Positions 55,687-64,000 of a DNA stretch of 64,000 nt are shown one piece after another (within the stretch, counting starts at the first letter, position 1; each line of letters starts with the position of its first letter). The DNA comes from an uncultured Nitrososphaerales archaeon (GTDB lineage: Archaea; Thermoproteota; Nitrososphaeria; Nitrososphaerales; Nitrososphaeraceae). The stretch is from positions 1 to 64,000 of the forward strand of contig CAVOHZ010000006.1 in the NCBI GenBank assembly GCA_963695855.1, in the 5' to 3' direction. The translations under genes were made by a program, and so were the position numbers. The notes beneath the pieces are model-generated. The model saw only the letters and a list, made by a program, of their open reading frames with translations, made no database searches and was not told the origin of the DNA.

Positions 55687-56760
55687 TTATGCTTCAACAA
55701 ATGGACAATTAACTACTACTCCCGCAATTTCAGTCTTTAGATGATCTTGTTTTGCATGTTCTGTTATTTCTTTAAATGAAGTAAGAAATTGTGATTGTAC
55801 AGGATCTTTCCATGTTACACCTTGAATTCTCCATAGTGGACTATATGCTTCATCGCCTACATTAGTAGATGCAATACTTGCCTGGAATCCCATAGGGCCC
55901 GTTCCCTTTATTCCGTTTGTAAATACATAGAGATCTGACGAAGAGCCTGATTTTAGAGTTGCACCAGTTTTATTGACAAATACAACTCCTAGATCATCTG
56001 CAACTTTCTTGACAGAAGCGTCAGTTGCTATATAATATATGGTGGAGCCATCTGGAGCAAATCCTCTGTGTGCTACAAAAGTAACCTGCATCTTTTTTGT
56101 ATCAATGTTAAGAACTTGTCCTCCACCATATGGCGATTCATCAGTTAATGTCTTATTTTCTCTAACTTTTAGAGAACCATCTTTCCATTGTACAAATGGA
56201 CAGTTTACGATTATATCTGTTGGTTTAATTGTTAACTCTTTTTTCTCTAATGCGCTGATTATATCTACTTCAGATGTCAATTCTCGTGGCGTTATGCCAC
56301 TATTCCATGTTACAAGATTAACTTTCCATAATGGTGAATAATTATTATCTCCAGGTTGTGAGTCTGCAACATTTGGCTGAAATCCTTCCGGACCACTTCC
56401 TTTAATGCCATTAGTAAATTCATATATGTTTGAAAGTGATTGTGCTGGAGCATATTTTAATGCTGGAGTGTATACAACTCTAGAATTAGTTAGATTAGAA
56501 AGATAATTTGCCAGATTCTTATCTGATACTTCTGTTGTAATATAGAAAACTTCATTACCGTCTGCAAAACCTCTAACTAGGGGAAGAACCTTTGGAATAT
56601 TTGTTTCCGTAAGATTTTGTATTTTCTCACTCTGTGCATAGGAATTTACTAGTTGCGAAGACATAGAAGACAATAGAGACACTGAAAAAACCAATGTAAC
56701 TAATCCTGCTCCTAAAATCCATATTCCATATCTTTCACTTGATTTATATCTGATTGTCAT
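55687..56760 (-). CDS. Secreted protein with two internal repeats
   Basis: Duplicated YITT/IATD..FTNGIKG.GP.GFQ..YSPLW..W..VNCPFV module. Confidence 0.85.
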   Translation of the reverse strand: MTIRYKSSERYGIWILGAGLVTLVFSVSLLSSMSSQLVNSYAQSEKIQNLTETNIPKVLPLVRGFADGNEVFYITTEVSDKNLANYLSNLTNSRVVYTPALKYAPAQSLSNIYEFTNGIKGSGPEGFQPNVADSQPGDNNYSPLWKVNLVTWNSGITPRELTSEVDIISALEKKELTIKPTDIIVNCPFVQWKDGSLKVRENKTLTDESPYGGGQVLNIDTKKMQVTFVAHRGFAPDGSTIYYIATDASVKKVADDLGVVFVNKTGATLKSGSSSDLYVFTNGIKGTGPMGFQASIASTNVGDEAYSPLWRIQGVTWKDPVQSQFLTSFKEITEHAKQDHLKTEIAGVVVNCPFVEA

Positions 56761-56995
56761 TAAATTTCATTCTGTGATTAGATTTAAAAACTATTTCTCC
56801 ATATTGAATCCAATTTATACCCAAATTAATTCCAGATTCTATGGTAAATATCTCTAGCATATTCTATAAAATTTATAACCAAATACAATATCTTTATTTT
56901 GATAATACCATTATGCTGAATTAATAAGGTTAAAAAAATAGAATATTTTAAAATAATAATTTGTATTTAAAAGAATCATATTATATTATTATTAA

Positions 56996-58300
56996 ATGTA
57001 TAATATCATGCATAAAGAACCAAATTCATATCTATCCATTAGAACAGCATTTAGCAAATTAAGAAAAAATATTGTTGTTCAGCCGGTATCTGAAGAAGTA
57101 AATACTAGAGATTCATTAGGTCGTGTTTTATATAATGACATTCTTTCATCCATTGATGTTCCAATACATGATTATTCACATATGGATGGTTTTGCTGTTC
57201 TCTATGACAATATAATTGGTGCTTCACGTTTGAGTCCAGTGACACTGAAAGTAATAAACGATATCAAACTTGGAAATACTAAAATTGAACCTTTACAACC
57301 AAGCCAAGCTTGTAGAATTCCAACAGGCGGATATCTACCTAGAAATTCTGATACAGTTATTCCTATTGAATATGTAAAATATAACGAAAACGATAAATCA
57401 GTAAAGATCTTTTCTGAATTTCCGAAAGGATCATTTGTATCTCCTGCAGGAAAGGATATTTCTAAAAATAAATTATTATTTAAAAAAGGACATTTAATTC
57501 GAACTCAAGATATATCTTTGTTGAACTTAGTTGGGATTAAAAAAGTAAGTATATTTAAAAAACCGAAAGTTGCAATAATTGCAACCGGAAATGAGCTAAC
57601 CAATAATATTGAAGAGGTTACTCAAGGAAAGGTTCTCAATACTAATGGTCCAATTATTTCCACCCTGGTGGAAGCATCTGGAGGAATATCTGTTGATCTA
57701 GGAATAACAACTGATAATATTAAAGATATCCAGAACAAGATAAAATTCGCATTATCTCAAAGTGATATCCTTCTTACAATAGGAGGATCTTCAGTTGGAC
57801 ATAAGGATCTCCTTGCAGAATCTATCAATTCTATGGGACAGCCTGGAATTTTAGCTGGGGGAATTAAATTGGATAGAGGAAGAGTAACTAAAATTGCTGC
57901 ATTAAAACATAAGCCAATTATTATATTACCTGGACCTATCCAAGGCGCTGTTAATGCTTTCATTGTATTGGCTATCCCACTAATTAGATCTTTTATTGGA
58001 TTATCTCATAATAACAAAGCTATATTAAATGCTCATATTACTGACAATTGGAATGCGAGAAAGCAATTTCAAAATTTTGTAAAAATTATATATGTGCATT
58101 TATCATCGTCAAACACAAATAATCGTATAAGGGCCAAACCAATCACTGGAGAAACCTCAAATATGACAATTATGACTAGAGCAAATGGTTATGTGATAGT
58201 ACCTGAAAAAATAACAAATATTGAAAAGGAGAATGAGGTTCAAGTAAATTTGCTTTCTGGATTTTCTTTTCCCTGTTGCAACCCCATAGATTTGGTGTGA
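56996..58300 (+). CDS. moeA: Molybdopterin molybdotransferase
   Basis: SHMDGFAV, PTGG, ATGNEL, GGSSVG, LPGP. Confidence 0.93.
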   Translation: MYNIMHKEPNSYLSIRTAFSKLRKNIVVQPVSEEVNTRDSLGRVLYNDILSSIDVPIHDYSHMDGFAVLYDNIIGASRLSPVTLKVINDIKLGNTKIEPLQPSQACRIPTGGYLPRNSDTVIPIEYVKYNENDKSVKIFSEFPKGSFVSPAGKDISKNKLLFKKGHLIRTQDISLLNLVGIKKVSIFKKPKVAIIATGNELTNNIEEVTQGKVLNTNGPIISTLVEASGGISVDLGITTDNIKDIQNKIKFALSQSDILLTIGGSSVGHKDLLAESINSMGQPGILAGGIKLDRGRVTKIAALKHKPIIILPGPIQGAVNAFIVLAIPLIRSFIGLSHNNKAILNAHITDNWNARKQFQNFVKIIYVHLSSSNTNNRIRAKPITGETSNMTIMTRANGYVIVPEKITNIEKENEVQVNLLSGFSFPCCNPIDLV

Positions 58301-58721
58301 ATATTATTTGAATAAATTTGTAGCAAGGTTGATTGATGGTTGCTAAAGCTGAAGCAGAAAAAAGGGATATGACAAAAATGAAGCTTAATATTTTTTAGGG
58401 CGAAACTATAGAACTTCCAATAAATCTAGGTGTTTGATTAATCTGCTCCTTATTGTTAAAATATTTGTAATTAATAAAAATCCATATCCTTCTTTAATGA
58501 ACATCAGGAAGAAAAGTAGGCTATGGCCTGGGACATTTTAATAGAGGCAGGTAGTTGATTGAATTCCATGCTATTGTTATGCTATTAAAAATATTAAAAT
58601 TTACTAGATTAGTTAATAATCTCATAATAGTAAACTATAGCCTTCATTATTCAAATTATCTTGCAAATTGCTTTAAAAATAGATTTACTTATACATAGCA
58701 TAGAATAAAGAATATTTTTGT

Positions 58722-59735
58722 ATGTTTATCAATAATTCTAATATTCATTCAAAACCTATAATTCTATCTACAATCTTTTTCGCGATTATCTTTTTAATAT
58801 TGTTTTCATTTAGCATAAAGGAATTAAATGCAACCACGATAACAGATAAAGATGTATCAGTATTATATGCAGGTTCTTTAATCAACATATTTGAAAATGA
58901 GATTAAATCAACATTTCAGAATTTAACAGAATATAATTTTATAGGGGAGGGAAAAGGGTCTGTACAGATTTCTAACATGATCTTGGATGGATTCCGAAAG
59001 CCAGATGTATTTGTTAGTGCGGGTACGACTCCTATTGAAAGATTGATAAATCATAGTCTTCCATTAGCCAATTGGCTTGTAAAATTTGCATCTGCTGAAC
59101 TTGTAATTGCATATAATCCACAAAGTCCCTTTGCTTCAGATCTGTTAAAGGCTAGCAAGGATGAGATACCATGGTATAAGGTTGTTCAGAAAGAAGGGTT
59201 AAAATTTGGAAGAACTGATCCTGAACTAGATCCTAAAGGATATTATACAGTTATTGCTGCAAAACTAGCGAACATTTACTATAACGATTCCACAATTAAG
59301 GATAATATTTTAGGTGAAGATAGAAACAAAAAGCAGATTTTTCCTGAAGAAGTCTTAAAGTCTATTCTGGACTCTGGACAAATAGATGCAACTGCTGCCT
59401 ATATGCATGAAGCAATGGCAAAAGGTCTTCCTTATATTAAACTTCCAGATCAAATTAACCTGAGTAATCCTAATTACACAAATTTTTATAATAAAATATC
59501 GTACAAGTTGGAAACAGGTGAAACTATTTATGGTAATCCAATATTTTTTTCATTTACCATGCCAAACACCGTTGAAAATATAGCAGGTGCAATGTCTTTT
59601 GCCAAATTTCTGTTATCAGAGGACGGAAAAAGAATTTTAGAACAAGTTGGATTAAGTCCTATAAAACCACTTTTACAAGGCGATACACATCAACTGGAAC
59701 CCGAAATTTTATCCCTCGTCCAAGAACATAACTAG
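58722..59735 (+). CDS. wtpA: Tungstate/molybdate ABC substrate-binding protein (WtpA-like)
   Basis: YAGSL, GSV, DVFVSA, RTDPELDPKGY, LPDQINLS. Confidence 0.8.
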   Translation: MFINNSNIHSKPIILSTIFFAIIFLILFSFSIKELNATTITDKDVSVLYAGSLINIFENEIKSTFQNLTEYNFIGEGKGSVQISNMILDGFRKPDVFVSAGTTPIERLINHSLPLANWLVKFASAELVIAYNPQSPFASDLLKASKDEIPWYKVVQKEGLKFGRTDPELDPKGYYTVIAAKLANIYYNDSTIKDNILGEDRNKKQIFPEEVLKSILDSGQIDATAAYMHEAMAKGLPYIKLPDQINLSNPNYTNFYNKISYKLETGETIYGNPIFFSFTMPNTVENIAGAMSFAKFLLSEDGKRILEQVGLSPIKPLLQGDTHQLEPEILSLVQEHN

Positions 59736-59830
59736 TATTTCCTAAGGATAATGATGGTGAGATTGTTATAGTTAATTACACTTTAAGAAAACCAGACATA
59801 TCTGGATTTAATATTGTCATTTCTGTTCTT

Positions 59831-60571
59831 GTGCTAATTCTTGTATTATATATTATATACCCATTTTTTGGATTGCTATTTGTAATAGAACCGGCTAACT
59901 TGATAGAGTCGCTGAAACGAACTGAAATACTAGATTCTTTTATATTGAGTTTGACTACAGCGACTATTTCAACTATACTAGTTTCTATATTTGGAATCCC
60001 ATTAGCCTTTGTCTTGGCACGATTTCAATTTAAGGCTAAATTTCTATTACGAATAATTGTTATACTTCCATTAGTTCTTCCTCCACTTGCTAGTGGAACA
60101 ATGCTTTTGGGGGGCTTTGGTCCTTATTCATTTCTTGGAAAATTGATTCCAATAGATTTTACACAATCAGTTCTTGGAATCGTTATAGCCCAAACTTATG
60201 TTGCTTCACCTTTCCTGATTCTTCCAACACAGGCTGCTTTTGAATCCATTCCTGAAAGATATGAGATCGTGGCAAGAACCTTAGGAAAAAAGAAATGGCA
60301 AGTTTTTTTAAGTATATCTCTTCCATTAGCGAAGATAGGGATACTTATTGGTTTGTTAATGGCATGGATTAGATCTATTGGTGAGCTCGGTGCAACAATT
60401 ATGATGGCATACAATCCCCACACTATCTCTATTCAAATCTTTGAAGACAGTGCTATTGGTGGAATAAGAAATTCTGTTGCCGGAATCATCTTGGTCATTA
60501 TAATAGCACTTGTTGCTTTAACAATATTTGTACTAATAAGAAGACGACAGGTTCTGAAATTTGGCTGGTGA
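59831..60571 (+). CDS. Molybdate/tungstate ABC permease (ModB/WtpB)
   Basis: LPLVLPP, YVASPF, ARTLG, RSIGELGA. Confidence 0.88.
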   Translation: MLILVLYIIYPFFGLLFVIEPANLIESLKRTEILDSFILSLTTATISTILVSIFGIPLAFVLARFQFKAKFLLRIIVILPLVLPPLASGTMLLGGFGPYSFLGKLIPIDFTQSVLGIVIAQTYVASPFLILPTQAAFESIPERYEIVARTLGKKKWQVFLSISLPLAKIGILIGLLMAWIRSIGELGATIMMAYNPHTISIQIFEDSAIGGIRNSVAGIILVIIIALVALTIFVLIRRRQVLKFGW

Positions 60572-61659
60572 CAAGATACCATATGGTATTAGAAGTAATT
60601 AACGTTACAAAAAATTTTGGGAAATTTCGATTGGGGCCTGTAAATCTTACTATAAATAATGATGATGTCATGGTTATATTAGGTCCTACAGGAAGTGGAA
60701 AAACTACTCTTATCAACTTGATTGCCGGAATTTTAAGACCTGACAATGGTAAAATTATCTTAAATAGTATAGAGATCACAAAGCAACCTATAGAGGAACG
60801 AAAAGTTGGATACGTTTTTCAAGACCCATCACTGTTTCCTCATTTAAATGTCTATAATAACATTCTTTTTGGATTAAGAAGAAGGGAGCGAGAATCTAAA
60901 GAGACGATTTCCACTATAAAAAATATTATTACGGACCTAAATATTGAACATTTGCTAAATAGACGTGCGTATGATCTTAGTGGAGGAGAAAAACAAAAAG
61001 TTTCATTAGCAAGAATTCTTGTCTTAAATCCAAATTTAATACTGATGGATGAACCACTTTCTCATATTGATTTATTAGCAAAAGATAGGTTGAGAATAGA
61101 ATTGAGACGGATATTACGGAAGCAAAAAATCCCAACTATTTATGTAACTCATTTTGAAGAAGATATTTATGCATTAGCAGATTCAATTGCATTTCTCGAT
61201 AGGGGAAGGATAGAAGAAAGTGGAACTCTTGAAGAAATACTCAATTTGTACACTAGATCATCCTCACCATTTTTTAACAAAATAATATCTGCAGGTAATT
61301 ATTTAACTGGGGAGGTAACGAAATGTGAAAATGATCTAACCGAATTTAAAGTCGGTTTGAATATGTTATATACTGTTGGAAGATTCAAACCTAAATCTAA
61401 AATTGGAGTCATCGTCAAACGTGAAGATATTATACTTTCTAAAGAAAAAATAAAAACTAGTGCAAGAAATATGGTTTTTGCCAAGATAATGGATATGATT
61501 AAAGCAGATAACATGATTGATGTGTATCTAAAATCTGGTAATATGAATATAGTTTCAAGAATAACCAGATCTGCTTCGGAAGATCTAGGAATTGTTATAG
61601 GCAATCATATATATGCAGTTTTTAAGGCTTCTACACCACATTTGATTAGGGAGGAATAA
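60568..61659 (+). CDS. Molybdate/tungstate ABC ATPase with TOBE domains (ModC/WtpC)
   Basis: GPTGSGKT, LSGGEKQ, DEP, TSARN, ITRSASEDLG..VFKA. Confidence 0.9.
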   Translation: MTRYHMVLEVINVTKNFGKFRLGPVNLTINNDDVMVILGPTGSGKTTLINLIAGILRPDNGKIILNSIEITKQPIEERKVGYVFQDPSLFPHLNVYNNILFGLRRRERESKETISTIKNIITDLNIEHLLNRRAYDLSGGEKQKVSLARILVLNPNLILMDEPLSHIDLLAKDRLRIELRRILRKQKIPTIYVTHFEEDIYALADSIAFLDRGRIEESGTLEEILNLYTRSSSPFFNKIISAGNYLTGEVTKCENDLTEFKVGLNMLYTVGRFKPKSKIGVIVKREDIILSKEKIKTSARNMVFAKIMDMIKADNMIDVYLKSGNMNIVSRITRSASEDLGIVIGNHIYAVFKASTPHLIREE

Positions 61660-61935
61660 ATTAATAAAATTGAAAGATTACAAAATGATACTGATTACAA
61701 ACCATTGTATTAATGGTAAATCTCTGATCTAGCGTTCATTACTTATTCTTTGGTACATATCTGTAAAGTATATATCTATACAATTTATCCAATTAGTAAA
61801 GATTAGATCAAAGCCCAGGATTAAAAAATATATTATATAGTCAAACTAATCTATCTGATCAAATTGTTAGATAAGCGAAAGAGTTTGGATCTATATTATT
61901 CAACAAATATTATAATGACTATTATATACGGTATT

Positions 61936-62215
61936 TTATACCTCCTTTCTAAATGCAAAAGGTACTGAAATTAAAAGAGGAATCGATAATCCTAAGGACG
62001 GATGTCCTGCTCTTAGATAATTAAAAAGAGCAGATGAAGACACAATAATATTTAGTGCTAGGGAGATTGGAAGAACTGTATACAAATTGACTCCAACAAG
62101 AACGAGGATAGCGATATAACTACTTCCCTCAGCAAATCCTACAGAAGAATAAAAAAAACTTACTATAAAGAAGATAGGAGTAAGTACTAAAATAAGAATA
62201 ATATCATTAATGACC
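61936..62215 (-). pseudogene. TauE/SafE (TSUP) exporter, truncated
   Basis: FFYSSVGFAEGSSYIAIL..SLALNIIVS covers only the first third of a TSUP protein. Confidence 0.7.
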
Positions 62216-63154
62216 CTTCCCTCCCAACATATTAAATACATGAAAAATGCTAGGGAAAAGAAGATCTAACGATTCTGATACACCTTTAGTACTTCCAGGT
62301 AGATTTACAATCAGAGTTTTATCTCTAATACCAGATATTCCTCTTGAAAGCATTGATAATGGTGTTCTCCTTTGACCATATGATCTGATAGCTTCGGAAA
62401 TTCCTATTGCCTCTCTATCAACAACCATTTTAGTTGCATCTGGAGTAACATCTCTTTTACTAAAACCAGTACCTCCGGTGGTTATTATTAGATCTACTTT
62501 TTTATCATCAGAATATTTGATAAGATGAGTCTTAATTTTGTCTATATCGTCAGGTAATATTTCATAACCGACAATCTCAGTAGTAGTAGCATAAGTATTT
62601 TTTAGTATATCAGAGATCAATTTACCTGATTTATCAACTCTAGTTCCATTAAAAGTAGAATCACTTATAACAAAGATAACAACATTAATTTTTTTATCAG
62701 GAGTTTCAATAAAATCTCTTTTCCCTCCACTTTTTTCTAACAGTTTTATTGACTCTATTGATAAATCTTCATCTATTGGCTTGAGCATATCGTATACTGC
62801 AAGAGCAGCGGTACTACAACCAGTTAATGCTTCCATTTCTACTCCTGTTTTCCAGACACTTTTAACATTCACTTTAATTTCTATAGATGATTGGTGTAAC
62901 AGCACTTGTGTAGAAATATGATCTATTGGAATGGGATGACAGTAAGGTATCAATTCCCATGTTTTTTTTGCTCCAAGTGTAGCTGAAATTTTTGCGGCTT
63001 CAATGATATCTCCCTTTGGTGTCCTCTCATTTTTTATAAGATCAATACTTTCAGGATTTACTTTGATTATTGCTTGTGCAGTAGCAGACCTTAATGTATC
63101 TGTTTTTTTGGAAACATCAAACATTCCTCTGTAAGAATTTCTTTCATTCATCAC
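62207..63154 (-). CDS. moaC: MoaC-MoaB/MogA fusion
   Basis: MFDVSKK, KGD, LIPYCHPI, TGVEMEALT, YDMLK, KSGGK; then SDS, DKSG, TTGGTG..RDVTP, NLPGS. Confidence 0.93.
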   Translation of the reverse strand: MMNERNSYRGMFDVSKKTDTLRSATAQAIIKVNPESIDLIKNERTPKGDIIEAAKISATLGAKKTWELIPYCHPIPIDHISTQVLLHQSSIEIKVNVKSVWKTGVEMEALTGCSTAALAVYDMLKPIDEDLSIESIKLLEKSGGKRDFIETPDKKINVVIFVISDSTFNGTRVDKSGKLISDILKNTYATTTEIVGYEILPDDIDKIKTHLIKYSDDKKVDLIITTGGTGFSKRDVTPDATKMVVDREAIGISEAIRSYGQRRTPLSMLSRGISGIRDKTLIVNLPGSTKGVSESLDLLFPSIFHVFNMLGGKGH

Positions 63155-63569
63155 TTATCATAACGCCTTCTACCCATTCAGAATTGCCAGATTGCATTTT
63201 TTCCTTCTTCCAGATTGGACATCTTTTCTTAATATTATCAATTCCATAGTTACAGGCTTCAAAAGCATCTTTTCTATGTTCTGATGAAACTCCAACTATC
63301 ACACTGATTTCTCCAACTTTAAGGTATCCCGTTCTATGTGTGGCAATAAATTTTTTAACACTCCAATTCTCAAAGATCTCCTTTTCAATTTTTTTTAATA
63401 TTTCTTCAACCATTTCTTCATAAGCTTCATAAAAAATACCCTCCACTATTCCATTAGAGCTATGATTCCTAACGGAACCTTTAAACAAAACTAATGCACC
63501 AGATGAATCGTCTTTAATTTGTTCTAAAATTTTTAGTTGATCGATTACATCTTTTGTTATAGAAATCAT
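63144..63569 (-). CDS. moaE: Molybdopterin synthase large subunit
   Basis: GALVLFKGSVRN, YEAY, HRTG, HRKDAF, PIWKKE. Confidence 0.93.
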   Translation of the reverse strand: MISITKDVIDQLKILEQIKDDSSGALVLFKGSVRNHSSNGIVEGIFYEAYEEMVEEILKKIEKEIFENWSVKKFIATHRTGYLKVGEISVIVGVSSEHRKDAFEACNYGIDNIKKRCPIWKKEKMQSGNSEWVEGVMISDE

Positions 63570-63590
63570 ATTATCAGCTCCTACCTATCT

Positions 63591-63875
63591 TTATCCCCCA
63601 CTTATAGGTGGTATTATGGCAATTTCATCATGTGGAGTTACTTTGACATTCTCATTCCGTATCACTTTATTAACGGCAAAAACAAAGTTTATCCCATCCA
63701 TAAAGAGAGAAGGATATAATTCTTCAAGATTTTTTCGGAGTTCTTTCAATGAAATTGGATTATCATTTATAGGAATAATCAGATTATTACTTTTCAATTT
63801 CTCTCTTAAAATTCCAAATAATTTTATCCTTAAAATTCTTTCTTCAGTGAAGTTTTTCATGTTCACTCCGGTCAA
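63591..63875 (-). CDS. moaD: Molybdopterin synthase sulfur carrier
   Basis: LFGILRE, FAVN, DEIAIIPPISGG C-terminus. Confidence 0.92.
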   Translation of the reverse strand: MTGVNMKNFTEERILRIKLFGILREKLKSNNLIIPINDNPISLKELRKNLEELYPSLFMDGINFVFAVNKVIRNENVKVTPHDEIAIIPPISGG

Positions 63876-64000
63876 TCACCAATTGTCTGCATAAAATTCA
63901 AGGTTCGTCTGGGTTCTAAATATATACATATATTTTATTTACTTTAATTTTGTTAGTTTTTCCATAAAATAGTTGCGCCACCCATCTGGAAGATCTTTAA
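63873..64000 (-). pseudogene. Possible degraded moaA 3' end
   Basis: ..TLNFMQTIGD* resembles the MoaA MxxIGG terminus and overlaps the moaD start; in-frame stop just upstream. Confidence 0.3.

Noticed and set aside
1-64000. tRNA/rRNA genes, integrase or provirus
   Set aside because: No GC-rich structured RNA tract, tyrosine recombinase or viral hallmark gene was recognised by eye

Overview
AT-rich archaeal DNA, most likely from a soil ammonia-oxidising archaeon of the Nitrososphaeraceae (Nitrosocosmicus-like). This host assignment is inferred from gene content and IS types, not proven. Three zones are visible. (1) 1-22 kb is an IS-riddled accessory region: cytochrome P450, two ABM monooxygenases, a class III nucleotide cyclase, a degraded DNA methylase, IS6-type MITEs, and a diverged ~4 kb segmental duplication (small secreted protein + metallophosphoesterase). 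(2) 22.9-50.5 kb is a phosphate/polyphosphate/carbon-storage island: CHAD, long pyruvate kinase, CYTH-like protein, PPase, a disulfide oxidoreductase missing one redox Cys, a PPDK lacking its pyruvate domain paired with a large DUF47/PhoU-like protein, PhaC with a PhaE-like N-terminus, three SixA phosphatases, Ppx, two tandem 'dTMP kinases' (probable heteromeric PPK3), orphan PstB/PhoU and a Lys-rich tandem-repeat protein. (3) 52.5-64 kb holds a wHTH/CcdA/redoxin cluster and a Mo/W uptake + molybdopterin biosynthesis cluster. The best candidate for an undescribed system is the truncated PPDK + DUF47 protein (+ SixA/PPase), a possible Pi-dependent phosphohistidine relay inside the polyP/PHA island. 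No rRNA, tRNA or CRISPR array was seen.
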